A DNA stretch of 64,000 bases from Harriotta raleighana. Taxonomy: Eukaryota. How positions within the stretch are numbered: the first letter of the stretch is position 1; every line of letters begins with the position of its first letter. The translations under genes and the position numbers were made by a program. The DNA lies in assembly GCA_050575255.1 (NCBI GenBank), contig JBNZDD010013610.1, positions 1,658,366 through 1,722,365 on the forward strand, given 5' to 3'. Below the pieces are notes generated by a model. It did not search any database. It was not told the origin of the DNA and saw nothing but the letters and a program-made list of their open reading frames with translations. Shown piece after piece: positions 23,682 through 36,953 of this stretch.

Positions 23682-24804
23682 TGTAACATTTCACTCAATG
23701 GAACAATTGAATATCAGAGAACACAAAGTTCTTTGTACCCGATGACTCGGTGAATAACTCGGCCTTTTGTCGGAGTTAATCTATGACCTCTTCAAGTCTA
23801 CATTTACACAATATATGTGAGTGGGTCAGACAAGCCAGATCACTTCTGGAGTCCTAAAAACCCAGGCAAGTTTGGGTGTATTGATTTCCTTCTGACCTGC
23901 ACCTCCCCTGTACTGCTGTGTGCCTTGTGTCTCATTTCAATGAGTATTAAACCCTTAGACCTTTCCAAATCTGCTTTCATGTGTATCTTTTCATCACAGC
24001 CATTGGCTATATTGGACATTGAGACTCTGAACCACATTTTCCACCTCCCACCCCCATTCTTTCAGCCGATGGCTGCTCTCTATTGTTTATGATCTGATCG
24101 ATAATAGAACTGATTATTGTGGGTAATTTTTATGTTGCAGTGAATTTCGTTATCCAGCATTTCCATTCTACACGTCAAAAGAGCGCTACCAATATGTGGA
24201 GACTTACCCCTCTGTAGGTGTACCTTGTGTTGTGTCACCGTTTTCAGCGCCTTCGGACATTGTCCCGACCATATAAATGCAATTTCTGTTGTTGTTGTTG
24301 TCTGGCTGCTGCATTGTATCATCAAGTCATTATTCAGTGTGGAACATGAAGATATTGATGCTTCCGTTGATCAATAATCAATGTGGGATTTCATAACAAT
24401 GTACCTACCACCCCATCGTTCCCCTCTGGCCCAGACACATGTGAAGAAAGCCCAAAATTCAATACAATTACACATTTATACAGTAATACTATTCGTTGCA
24501 CAGGGAAGGTAGCTGATGAGCTGGAACTTTTTTTTGAATAGTAGTTGTGTCTGTCAAGATCTCGAAACAGGAGAAACATGTGGAACAAANAATACTATTC
24601 GTTGCACAGGGAAGGTAGCTGATGAGCTGGAACTTTTTTTGAAGAGTAGTTGTGTCTGTCAAGATCTCGAAACAGGAGAAACATGTGGAACCACCGCTCT
24701 TGCATTTTATAGATCTTCTGCTAACAATCGCTTTAGAAGCACTTTGACTGGAAATGACATAAATGGGAATAATTAGTTACTTTGCACTGTGGATGCAAAT
24801 GTAG

Positions 24805-25030
24805 TAGTAATAATAATACTTAATGTTTGATTTAATGTTTTTCAATTTAGAAGGGCTTCTAAAAGTACTTCACAGGTTTCAGTGTAACGTGCAGTGACTG
24901 TGTATTTTTGGCATGTGTGGCAGCTGGTTTGCATATAGTAGTATCTCACAAACAACCATTAAATAATGACCAGTTTTCTCTGGGCGTTTGTTGGTCAGGA
25001 CACTGGGAGAAAATCCCTTCTCTTTTTTGA
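24805..25030 (-). mobile_element. Diverged Deu-domain SINE 3' part
   Basis: aataataatact...aaagtacttcacag...ggcagctggtttgcatatag...gttggtcaggacactgggagaaaatcccttctctttttt. Confidence 0.55.
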
Positions 25031-26110
25031 ATCCTAGAAAGTACATGAGGACAGGTCAGGTATTCTGGTTTGAATCCACTTGGGATCTGCCCTGTTCCGC
25101 TTTAGGAACAAATAGCCTCACAATGTAACATAAAGCCTGGGGTAGAGAAACGTCTGGGTGAGACGGTAGATGCTGAGACATAGTTCTCACACAATTCTTG
25201 TCTGACCAGGTGCTAAGCTCAGCAGCAAGCGAAGGTGTTAAGCGATGGCTACAGCCTCATTGTCCTGTACTTTTTAAAAAAAAAAGATTTCTGCCGGGTA
25301 CGGCCTTTGTATGTAACTGAAGCCAAAGCAACACCCTGACAATATAGTATAACAATGAGAATAAAGAGAGAAGGTGACTTTAAATCCATGCATGTAACCA
25401 AATGCTGGCATCTATTATATTTGGAAAACTAGGCTGATAATTATGGGTCTCTTTGTTCCTATCCACTGTGTGGCTTTTTTGCCTCTGGTGTGCCCCATTG
25501 TGAATATGTACCTTATAATTATTTCCCATTAAGACGATACAAGACAATATTTTCTTCGGTTTGCACGGAATAGGATCTCTTTAATGAATGGCTTTTAGAG
25601 ACAGGGCCGGAAAAATGCAGGAACCCTAGTCACCTGAGATGAATGTGTCAGGGCAGGCAGCTCACAGATCAGAATTAGGCCCCCAGGGACAAACTGGTTA
25701 GAGGCCTCAAAGCCAAAGCTGTGGGCTTCAAAGGACTTTGAGACACTTTATTCAGAACATCTCTCTCTCTCTCACTCTGGTGAACTTCAGCCTCTTCGAC
25801 ACCATCCTCCAAAAATCATTTGCATTGTTTTCTTTTCGAATCTAGCTGAGAGCACAACCCTCCTCGGGATTGTGTCTGCATGGTTTGGCGAAAAAGAGCA
25901 TCATTCTTTTTAATTAAATTAAATAATAAAGATCAAAGTGTGTGCAGATATAACGTAATTACATTATTTTTCAGGTAGAGTGCAATGACATGGGAGTGTT
26001 GAAACGCCCCATGCTGTGCGATGCTCCCTCTGGCTGGTGCACTCTCTCCCAACCCCAACCCGCAGAGTAATTGTGTACTCCAGTCCCATTTCTCTCTCCT
26101 TTCCCTATAC

Positions 26111-26264
26111 CAATCCACAACTGTTTGTGCGACACTACTGTGTGCAATTCTCTACCCACAAAATGCACAGTGAATCCACATTACAATATTTGTTGTGAAG
26201 TGCTTTGAGACGTCTCAACAAAGTGAGAAGGCGCTGTATAAAATGTATCAGATTCTTCTTATTA
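26111..26264 (+). mobile_element. SINE 3' half
   Basis: caatccacaactgtttgtgcgacactactgtgtgcaatt...gtgaagtgctttgagacgtct...aggcgctgtataaaatg. Confidence 0.75.
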
Positions 26265-27597
26265 TATCCTCTGCTATTCTTCCCCATTACCCGGTTCTCT
26301 GTTGACTGATGTGTACAAAATTTGACTGCAATCGCTAATGTGATAAAGCATGCCACATTCCAACAACCCTCTGTGCTAAGAGGTGGGAGAAAACATAAAA
26401 CTATATCAGTAGTCGAAATAACACATTAGCTGCAGTCATCAGGGCAGATCTTTTATAACGGGAGTGTGCCTTTAACAATTATTCAGATCCTTCCCCCAGT
26501 CAGTGTGCTTCCGAGAATAGTCTGGTATCAAGCACTCCAGATACTTGGTATCAAATAGGAAGGTCAATTACAGGAGATTTCGATGCAGTCAGTTTGCTCA
26601 GTGATCAATTTTACTCGGTGATTTGGGGGGATAATATTCTCAATGTGATCTGCAACATACTATTTCTGTCACTGATAATTCATTTCAGTTTTTTTGTAAT
26701 CAACCTTTGCACCCAGCACATTGTCTAGCAATTTTTTTAAAAAAAAGTATCTTGTACAAAATGTTGTGAAAGTCTCTCTCTCGCTTTCTCCTCTCTCTCC
26801 ATCCCTCCACCCCTTGTCCCGTTCCCCACGCCCCCATCAAAATTCATATCCACCTCAGGGAGTGCAAATTTGAAGTAATACCTATTGAATTCCTCATTGA
26901 GGGTAAGTATCAGACAGCCTTTCACTGCCATCCTCCTCCAGTATAAAGAATGGTTCAGTTGAACTGAATTCCACCTGGATTAAGTTGGTGATTGACTTCT
27001 GTCTGTCAGACTGGATAATGGTCTGGTTTGCCTTGAACGTACTTGGAGTAAAAAAAAGTAGTCTGAAGAGTGGCCACTTTGCAGGGTTTTGTGTGCTGAA
27101 AATGTAGAGCTAAACAGTGATTTTCATCTGAACTCGGTCCTCAGTGCCACAACCATATCGAACTAAGCTGTTATCTTTATAGTTCCAGGAAGTGCAGATT
27201 TTGATTATACAGTAACTAAATCCACTGCCCTGGCTCAAAAACAGCTAAAGCGATATACGTCGCTTCCATATTCATATACGCTTTCCTTTTTAAAGAAACA
27301 CCTTGTAGCTGAGAGGCCTTCTATAACACAAAATGAATAAGAACTGCATGTGTCGAGCATAACAGGTGCGTGCTGTGGCCGTTGTTTCCAGAGAAACTGT
27401 AAGCTCTCAGCAGATTGCTTCTGTCTCAAGTCGGCCCCAAACACTGTTCTTTTTAATGCACTTTCAACCCTAATAACATTGCACCATTGTAGTGCAGGGT
27501 GGTGACTGCTCTGTGTGAATGAACACTGGAATCACTGTATTTAGTCGTGCTGATAGTTCAGGGACCTCAGCAGGCTTCATTCACAGCACCAGTTTGG

Positions 27598-27967
27598 TCA
27601 GCTAGGTACAGTGGCAGTACTCTCGTCACTCGCACCAAAGTTTATGGGTTCAAGGCTCACGCTGGGACTTCAGCTCATATTCTAGGTTGACACTCCATCT
27701 GAGTGCTGGGAGGAAGGAGTTCTGTGGTGGTGGAAGCATTATCCTTTGGACACCGCGTTAAATCCAACTAACATTGTTTTGTCCACAAATATACAGCCAA
27801 TTCACTCTACAGTATACTCTGTGAAGCACTTTGGGACATCTAGAAGACATGAAAAGTGCTATATCAAAATGCAAGAATTATTATTCTTATATTATTCTTG
27901 TTCAGACACACTATAAAGATCCCATGGCACTGTTCAAAAAAAAAAGGAACTTCTTGTTTCCAGGCCC
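27598..27967 (+). mobile_element. Deu-domain SINE with a nested SINE 3' fragment (~27775-27895)
   Basis: The tRNA head (gtggcagtactctcgtc...atgggttcaaggctcacgctgggactt) and Deu start are followed by an inserted tail. The Deu core then resumes at taaagatcccatggcactgttcaa. Confidence 0.65.
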
Positions 27968-28839
27968 AAAATCTTTCAGTTCTCTTCAAATCTGTTTGTA
28001 TGGGGGAGAAANAAAAAAAAAGGGAACTTCTTGTTTCCAGGCCAAAAATCTTTCAGTTCTCTTCAAATCTGTTTGTATGGGGGAGAAAAAATGAGGTTGC
28101 CTATACAAAAAAAAGCTGCTAAGCATGACAGTGGTTACCGTGAAGGTGTTTTGACAGGCACTGTGTAAAGAAATGAAATTCATCTCCTAGATTCACTTTC
28201 TTAATCCATTGATTTATTTCCCTCCTACCCGCCCCCTCCTGCCTTGGCTTCCCCTCTATAACACGTAAATCCTTGTAACCTTAAGGCTGATTTTGGTTCA
28301 GTGTTTCTGTGGAGTAAATAGAGTAAAGAGCAGAGCCTAACCTGTTCACACGCGCTTTTGGTGACGTTTCCACCAGTTGGACTACCGCCCGTGCCTACCT
28401 TCAATTGTTAAGGCCGGGAGTATCCTAAGGCTTTTGGAAGGAATCCCAGGCTGGAAATGAAGTATTGTATCCAGCAAGGGAAGTTTTTATAAACTGTAGA
28501 GTTTTTTTTTGGAAAGCAATGCTCCCAGAGCCAAGAATTAAGTGCAGATTCCTCTTTTCAGTGTTTGCTTTTCAGTGCATTTCACACCCACACAGCCCTC
28601 AGTGCGATGCAAACGAGTACCCACTTTCTCCCATCCACCCCCACCCCACCCCCCGATAAAAAGATCCTTTTCATAATTACTTTAAAATGAAACTCAGTAC
28701 TGATCTGATTAAAACTTCTATTAAAAAAAGGATATGAAAAACATTAAATCGCTTTTATTTAGTCTTCATGGTGTCGTTTTGAACCCATTTGTACAGGGTA
28801 CCTTGGCTTATTTCGTAAGTGACTGGCAGGATCACAGTA

Positions 28840-29216
28840 CAATAAAACCTTGTTTATCCGGCACCCTCGGGGGGTTGATTAATTGACTGTGCCGGATAAA
28901 CGGGGGACAAGTTGCCAAAAACTCAACATAAAAATTGACTTATATTAAAACATGCTATTGTTAATAATAGACTACATAGTAACAGAATATTGTATGGATA
29001 CTTACCAATAAAGTATCCCAGCACAGTGGGTAAAAAAATCGGTAAAACAGCATCGGTGAAAATTGGTAAAAACCCAAGTTCATAGGTTTAATAAGTGCAC
29101 ACGCATTGCACGCATGTACAAAGTGAGCAAACTCACGATTGCTGGAATGGAGAATTGCCACGGGAGGGGGTCGAGCAATCCAGTTGATCGGGTCACGGAT
29201 AAACAAGGTTTTACTG
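28840..29216. mobile_element. Non-autonomous Tc1/mariner (Tigger/pogo-like) MITE
   Basis: 21-bp TIRs caataaaaccttgtttatccg (28840-28860) and cggataaacaaggttttactg (29196-29216) match at 20/21, with TA on the left flank. There is an internal IR gtttatccggcac / gtgccggataaac. Confidence 0.8.
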
Positions 29217-30162
29217 TCATTGAATTACACCCAATACACATATATGTTATAAATGCATACATATCAGAATAGGATTTGATCTGCGGACAATCTACTTCTC
29301 ATCTCTGCCTCCTTTCTTTGAGACACTGAAATGAGAGATTTTTTTGGGTTGGGTGTGTTTCTTTTCTCTCCTTTCCCCCTTCCATGGAAGGTGCTGATTT
29401 ATGTTGTTTGCTATTCTCACCCAGTGTTCTCGTCCCTAGCCCAAGGGCACTGAGGCCAATATAGCATCTTGAAATGCTGCCCTTGATAAGATCAGTTAAT
29501 GAAACACAGACCGGTTATTGAACGAGGGAGTTTTGGATGTGTTTAGCCAGTGATACATCAGCTGATGACTTTGGCCATCAGGAATGACAGTGGGCATTCT
29601 TGACCATGTATCCTTGGAACTTTCACTGTAACTGGAGGGGAAGTTTATTGACTCTGGAAATCCCAAAGCTGTAACCCGGATGGGAACTGGTGTCTTAAGG
29701 GAGAGGACCTCATTGACAAACAGAGAAAGGAAAGATTGGTGTATTTTGACAGGCCTTTGAGAGGTGTTGTCTCTGCTCTGTGTTTCATTGTTTGAGGAAG
29801 AAGGGGTTAAAACATTCTGTATTTCCTCTTCTGTAGTAAAGTGATAGTGTCAAAAATATACTGCAGATAATCCCAAAACATTGCAGATATTGCCAGCTAA
29901 TATTGGTTACTGCTCATGCTGAAATTATAGCCTCAAGTGAATTAGACGTTTTAAGTATGTAACTGCACAATCCTCACAGCAGGAGCTTTAATAGTGCTAT
30001 GCACATAATAAAAAGGAAAGCGGAGAATAATTCTGACGCAAAACCAGCCGTGTTCAGACCACTTGGTGAGCGGGCATTGTGTATCTTGCTTATGACGCAA
30101 ACCAGTCTGTGAATGAATGCCCCAGTGGGGCTGCACCTTCGGATCACATTCACACATGGCTT

Positions 30163-30213
30163 TTACCTCCCGACGTAAAAGACGCTGTACAAGTGTAATT
30201 TGTTGTTGTTGCT
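30163..30213 (+). mobile_element. L2-type 3' tail (duplicated across the N gap at 30258)
   Basis: cctcccgacgtaaaagacgctgtacaagtgtaatttgttgttgttg. Confidence 0.65.
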
Positions 30214-33200
30214 GCTGGACATTTGGGTCATCGAGTAATGGGACTGGGAACAAGTTTNTTTACCTCCCGACGTAAAAGACGCTGTACAAGTGTAATTTGT
30301 TGTTGTTGTTGCTGCTGGACATTTGGGTGTTTCGCCAAAAATGTGCGCCAATCAGTTTTTTTTCTTTAAAATAGCAAGGTTCCCTCTCTGGTCACAGAGA
30401 GATTGTTAGCTACGGAGCAGAACTGTTCCAGCAGTGAGAGAATAACCCTCGCACATCACTTCCACCGCAGTACGAGGAAATAACAACTGTAAAAGTTGGT
30501 GCAAATGAGCAAAAGCTCTAAAACGTCAAATGCAGTTGTAGAAATGTTTCAAGTATTTCGGATCCAACACTGGGACCTATTTTTCCTGCCCTCCTTCCTC
30601 CCTCCCCCTCCTCCCCAGCAACAAGGCTGATGCAAATGGACTGAGTGATTTTACATAAAAATATATATATAAATAAAAACTAGTTTTCTCTGGTTCAAGC
30701 TTGGAGGGTTTGGAATATTTTTGCACTGACAACGTGGGAACAGTGAAGGGTTTGGTTGGCACCAAGCCAGAGCTTGACATTAACATTGAGCTGGAGGAAG
30801 GAAGGAACAGCACTTTTGCACTTGACTTGAGGATTGGACCACAGCACTGCTCTGATGCTATTCTGTTACCTCCTCTTCCTCAGATCCGAGCTGTGGCTGA
30901 TTTTTTCATTCCTTTCCCCGCTGTGCAGCGCTGACTAACAAGAGCAGTAGCATGTCCGACTATTGCCCAAAACACAGATCGGAAATTGGATTGGGAGTCT
31001 TTCTTTAGGTATTGCTCAGCCCTCACACCAACAACAACTTGTATTTATATCGCTACACTCATGCGAGGTAGTATCCCAGAGGGCTTTATAACATCACAAG
31101 GTATTTAAATGTTGGGCCACCGAGATATCCTCCTCGACAATATTTCATCTTTACTCTCACTGATTCCACTGCGCATATGTTCAATCCCACTCAACTCTGC
31201 TGTTCTCCCCATGCCTGTTTGATTCCTGCTGGAAATAAAGACTGTGCATTTCTCCCATTTCTTTGAATTCCATGTGTCGCTGATGGAAAATAGAGCAAAT
31301 CTCCTCTTTCTCCTCTATCGTCCCGCCCCTCTTCCTTAGAGAAGTCTTACTAGAAGTCTTCTGAATGACGGCTAACACCTCAGAGCCCAGGGCAGGAAAA
31401 TTATATGAGCTTTCAATGTGTGGAGCCTATCTTTTGCAATAAGTAAGCAAGCAGTGTTTGTTTGTTGTTGGCTCTTTGCTCTTTTTTCAGCAGCACCATT
31501 AAATTGACCCCTTTCCCGTCTTCCTTATGAGGTGGGAAAGTCTTGTTTGTTCTGCTCATTGATGGAATGCGAGCCTGGTGCTCGAGAGGTTAATGCACGG
31601 AGGCTGATGCCTTTAGCCTGGGGCTGAAGGGGGTAAAGCAACCATTTCCTGCTGCTCCTCCGTCCAGCGTTGTCCATACGTTAATTGATAAACCATAATT
31701 TACTTGAGGACAAACTGATCAAATAGAAGCACAACAGTCATCCCCTTCAAATGCTGTCACTGGATAAGAACTCTACTGGTATTTCACAAAGACTTGTGTC
31801 AACATGGATCTCGTCCATTCACTGTAGTGAAGATGAGGGTGCCTGACGGATAAAATCTAGCACCTCTCATACCTGTTGCCATTAGGTTCAGGGCTGTGTT
31901 TCTGCCTTAGATTTGATGAGTAGATGCCAAAAGCTGTGGTTAACTTGTTGGTGGTTAATTTCCTCCTTCACGTTTTGTTGTTGTGCTGCGCTGGGGGATG
32001 GGTGGGGTACTTGGAAGTGGGGTTCTTATTAGTGGGGAGAATGCTGGAGGCATGTCTGAAATAAGTTTTATTTTATATAAAATAAGAACAAAACGAATCT
32101 TCACGTTGCGCCCAGAGCGAGCACGAAGATTTTCGCGGACTGAAATAATGAAGCAAGCCCATTCCACGATGTGGTGGCACTCTCTTTCCCCCACTTGCTG
32201 TTACAAATATAGTTGCGAGGCACTGAGGGATTCTCAGCAACAATACTGAGTTGCTGGAAACATGTAATTAACAGTAATAACAGGGGCACAGAAACAAACA
32301 GGTGTTGCCTTCCTAGTACCCAGAGGTCAGTGCATACAGCCTCTCTGAGCCTCTTGCGATGCAGATGTGCAGTGTAAAAGTTATGAACTCCGGGTTGTCA
32401 ACTCTTGTTGGCTACTGACTGTAGTTAAGTACAGCGAGCTGGTGAAGTAAACTTAGCCGAGTGATTTTTTTATTTTCCATCAGCATATGCCTTGGACTGT
32501 GGGTTATGAGCCTCTGAGGTCCCAGTGGTAATCCTGGTATTATTTGTCCAGTGCAATTTCAAGCTGCAATTACTGGCCTTCAGCTAATTACACAAGCTTA
32601 TTGCCCTATCTCAGCTTACATGGGAACACTTCACTGTGTCAGCAAAGGTCATGATAGATTCACATCCAAAATAACCTTTTTGCGGTGGCGAGTTGGGTTC
32701 AGCTGCCAAGGAATGGGGTAAAGGGATGAGGGAGTGGGTCAGTGGGGGGTGTTGTAGGAACGACCGGCTGTCTGGAAAGATATGTTGTGAACAGCAGAAA
32801 AGGAAAGAAGAAATCCGTCAACAACTTAACGTCATTGTGCGGAATGAGGTGGTTCCCTTTGTAAGACTGCTTTTAATACATGCTCTAATAAACTGTGCAG
32901 TATTATGAGGTTGCGAAGCTTGGTAATTGCAGAGTAGCAGTTTGTTGTGCTGCCCCGAGGCAGCAGTGGGAAGTATTAACTGCTGAGATTGTGTTTCTCA
33001 AATCTTCTGAAAAAAAAGTTAATTAGACTAGCTTTAGGTTATTTAAAAAGTATATTGTCTTCACCTTCCCACCCCACCAGCCCCACCGCCCTCCCCAATA
33101 TGCTTTGCATTGTACCTTGGCTGTCCTTTTCCCCCCTTGATTTTGCTGCAGAAATCCAGTGTCCATTTATCCTGTCTACAAAATGTTATTAAAGCTGAGA

Positions 33201-33759
33201 GAGGAAACTTCACAACACCGCAGCACAACAGATGAAATTTCATTATGAACCTGTGTAACACGGCACAGTCGGGGCACCAGCACCTGACGACCCCCCCCCC
33301 CCCCTCCCAGGCAGGGAGCTGGAGGTGTCACTAACGTTTCAGAGCTTCTCTCTTGGAAGTTTGCCTCGCCACCACACTGTGGGAGAAAGGCACTGCCTCA
33401 CAGAGCGTCTCTCTCTCTGGGACCAGACCATTACATCCAGGCAACGAGGGATGATAGCAAGAGGCCAGAGATTAAAAGAAAGTAGAGTATAGCAACAATT
33501 CCGAGAAAGACACTGGGTGGGTTATGACATGGTTCAGATGGCTATTTCTGGTAGAAAGAGAATCCTGACAGAGTGACTGAGCCAGTGTGGTTCGACGATT
33601 GAACTTGGTCATTCTCTCTGATCCAACAAAACTTTTTTTGGACTGGCTTTGAGGTCAGGTTGGGATTGCACTTGTGCCTTTTAATGGTTGTCCCAGCCAT
33701 CTGCAAAGGGTGGCGACTTAGGTATCTCATTGTCTGGTCCCATCGGCAACTCCTAATCC

Positions 33760-33872
33760 CAGCTCCGCCCTTCCCTCCCCGCCCCCTGCCCGTGACACAG
33801 TGATTGTTCAGTGCCTTGGGCCATCCTCTTGATGTTAAAGATGCTATACAAGTGTAATTTTGTTGTTGTTGT
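33760..33872 (+). mobile_element. L2-type 3' end
   Basis: tgttcagtgccttgggccatcctcttgatgttaaagatgctatacaagtgtaattttgttgttgttg. Confidence 0.65.
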
Positions 33873-36742
33873 ATTATGTTGAATGATTGGGAACCCCTAC
33901 AGTGGAAACAGAACAGGCCAGGGGTGGTTTGAGGTGGCCAATTCCCCTGTTATCTTTTTGTTGTCACATTTGGCGTGTTTTTATTATTATTTTTTTAATT
34001 CAAAATTTCAGCCAGAGATCCCTGTTCATTATTTTGATGGTGATTTTCTCACCGATCAACATCCTCGTTTTATCATCAGCTCCCGGCCATCATCAGGCTT
34101 CACACTTCCTCCCCGACCACTCTCCCACTTCATCACCATCTTCTTGTCATACCCATCAAGTGAGAGTGTTCACAGCTACTCAGAATGGCTGATGTGATCA
34201 CCCTGCTTGCTTTAAATTGTAACATCAGCTGGTCACCTCGGAAAGATTTATTTTGAAGGTGAAATTATCAGTATTCCTAGGAAGCCCCCAGTTTTGATTC
34301 ACAGTTTGTGCTCTGTTAGCTGATCTCAGTGTGGATGGTAGACAAAAATAGAATTGGATAGGACTGTAGTCCATCTCTGTTCCTCCCCACCATAGTTCAA
34401 TAATCCGCTGTCTCATCTTGAATACAAATGGTCCTCTTGGGTGAGATATTGAGGTGATGGGGTGCGAGAAGGGAAAGAATATCCTGGAATTGAGTCATGG
34501 CTGAAAGTTATCAGGCTTGCAAAGGTATTCCGCATTGGGAATATTGGGGCAGACTCGCCTCCCTGATTTCCACATTGTAAACGCTTTAGGAGGGTAATTT
34601 TTGCAGGTTTGAATCTACATCATTGTAGTGTGTAGATCAGGATGTGGTTGATGAACCTGCTGACTGTCCTTTTCATTTCCAAAAAGTAATGTAAGCAGAG
34701 AAAAAGTGATCTGTAGTTTTTGTTAATATTATTATTTACATTAAGTAGCAATTTGAGTAATTGCTTTATAGTCAGTTGGAGGAAACATTACCTAAAATTA
34801 GTTTGCTTAAGAGCTGGGAAAATATTTTTCTTTCGATTCCAGCTTCTGAAGTTCTTAAATTTTCTGTTTATCTTCCTACTTCTCAAATGAGCCTCTTTGT
34901 CATTACTGGGCTGCATTCAATTTAGGGGAAAAATACATAAACTAAAAATAGACAGGTATTTTGAGCAGCTGCCTGGGTTGATGAAGTCAGGGTCTTTAAC
35001 AGCATTAGGTTTTTAATGGGAGTTTTTAATTAGCTCTACAGTTTTCCTCGCGCTGCGCTATTGGAAACACCGAAAGCACCAGAGGGCAAGAAAACAGCAA
35101 CATTCCTCCTTTATTAGCTATCCTCGAGGTCTCCTGAAGGGAAAAGAGCAAGCATCTCCAAAGCCCTTCCAAAGCCAATTGATGTCACAAGGAAAAAGAA
35201 TACAACTCCTATTTTGTGGCAGGAGGAAAAAAAAAGTCCCTTAAATGAACCTCAAATTTTTTTTGAGTCGAGTTGGAGTATCAATAGACCTGTTCTAAAT
35301 GTCTCGTCACTGTCAGCTGGTTTCAAAGCTGTATGTATCGCTTTTTTTTTTGACAAGGAGGGCTCGAGACCAGATCGGGCTGAGCTGAAATGAAATTTAC
35401 GCTGATTCGAAGAGAATTTCATCAGATCTGTCTGTAGGGGAAAAAAAGGTAGCCTGGTCTGGCCCTGTCCTTGATTGAATGAACTTATTGGTGGGTCAAA
35501 CAAGGAAGAGCATTGATGATCCCAAGAGAGATTTTTAGGGGGTTTGTCCAAAGAAGATTGTAAGTGTAGCAGGGAATTGGGAGTGTGGTGCACGTGGCGA
35601 TATTAATACCTTTTCTGGGATGTGCTTTGTCTCAAATTGCCATGCAGTGTCTCCACCTATCATTATTAAATATACTGTCTCTTCCTTATTTTCTGATAAC
35701 CGTATTGAAAGAAACTAACCTTAATCTTGTTTGTGGGTAAACTCTTATGTGTGCGTGCGTGTGCATATATATGTTCATTATAATACACAGAAACTATTGT
35801 CTTTGTGGGTTTGTATGTACATAAGCGGGCTCTGCACCCAGCCCTCGGGAAGATTCCTTCAGGAGTAAAAGCTGTGAATTAAAAGCAACATCTGCCAGAC
35901 ACATTGCTAGGAAGAAAATGGAAAGGAAAAATCCTAGGGTGGGGGCTGGTATGCTGTGGTTTGGTGAAACGCTGTACATCATGTGTACTGAATTTTCTTG
36001 AGTGTTGCTTCACTTAATTCCTGACTTGCCAGCCACAACACTCTGCGGTGATTTATGTTCTGCAGGTGTTGTGACAAATTTTTAAATATCATTCAGCGCC
36101 AGTTTAGGAGGGAGCATAGACATTGTACGCCAGAAGAGAAGACGTGAAATATTAGTTGATGGATAAACATCTCCTTTACAACCCAAGTCAGATTTATTTC
36201 ATGACAACAGTAAAACTTTTTTGGGGGGTGGAGGTATAGAATGCACGCTGTAACCGGCTTGGAATGTGAAGATCAGCTCATAAAATGAATATTTACAAGG
36301 TGCAAAAGCTTATTATAAAACTTATCTTTTAAACCGATGGATAATGGTCGCTTCTTTTGGTCGCGTAAAAAATATTCTTTTCTTTTTGGCCAGTGGTTTT
36401 GAAGCAGTCGCATTCAGTCTCTAGATAGTTCTGGGTGCATGACCCATAGAAAACGTTGCCATATGATGGACAGTTCAGCTTTTACTGGCATTGCCTTGAT
36501 CAGCTTCCTTTTTCTGGGGCTCTGTTTTTCATGTCTTTTTCTCCCATCTGGTCCTTCTCACTTGGGTAGCTTTGCAGCCAGATGCTAGGAGATGCACGTG
36601 AGTGGTATTCCCTTCCATGTTGTGTTTGTCTTTTCCTTCCCTGCTCGTTTCCTCAGGGAAACCCTTTTGCCTCCACTTTGTATCTCTTCTCACCACCTGC
36701 CCCAGCTGGTATGTTCCATGGGCCACTGAGATGCCAATTTCA

Positions 36743-36953
36743 GGATTTCTGTAGCTCAGTGGTTAGAACACTTGCTTTTAAAACAAGAGTTTTATTGGGT
36801 TTGATTCCAGGCAGGGTGAAAACTTGGGCAAGTTTCCTTATTCCACATGCCTGATGATAATCCCTCAAGAAAAACAATAATAAATTGGTCATTTTGTGGC
36901 TGTTTGTGGGATTGGCTGCCGCTTTTTGCCCACACAATATAATCAATTCACTT
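36743..36953 (+). mobile_element. tRNA-SINE, internally deleted and 3'-truncated
   Basis: ggatttctgtagctcagtggttagaacacttgc...gtttgattccaggcagggtgaaaacttgggcaagtttccttattccacatgcc. Confidence 0.8.

Noticed and set aside
24485-24691. ~100-bp direct tandem duplication
   Set aside because: The copies sit either side of a single N (24590) and differ only by homopolymer length and one base, typical of an unmerged contig overlap.
27936-28091. ~77-bp direct duplication
   Set aside because: It flanks the single N at 28012; assembly artefact.
30162-30328. ~67-bp repeats with a short spacer, superficially CRISPR-like
   Set aside because: There are only two units, they flank the N at 30258, and they consist of an L2-type tail. 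The DNA is eukaryotic with no cas genes.
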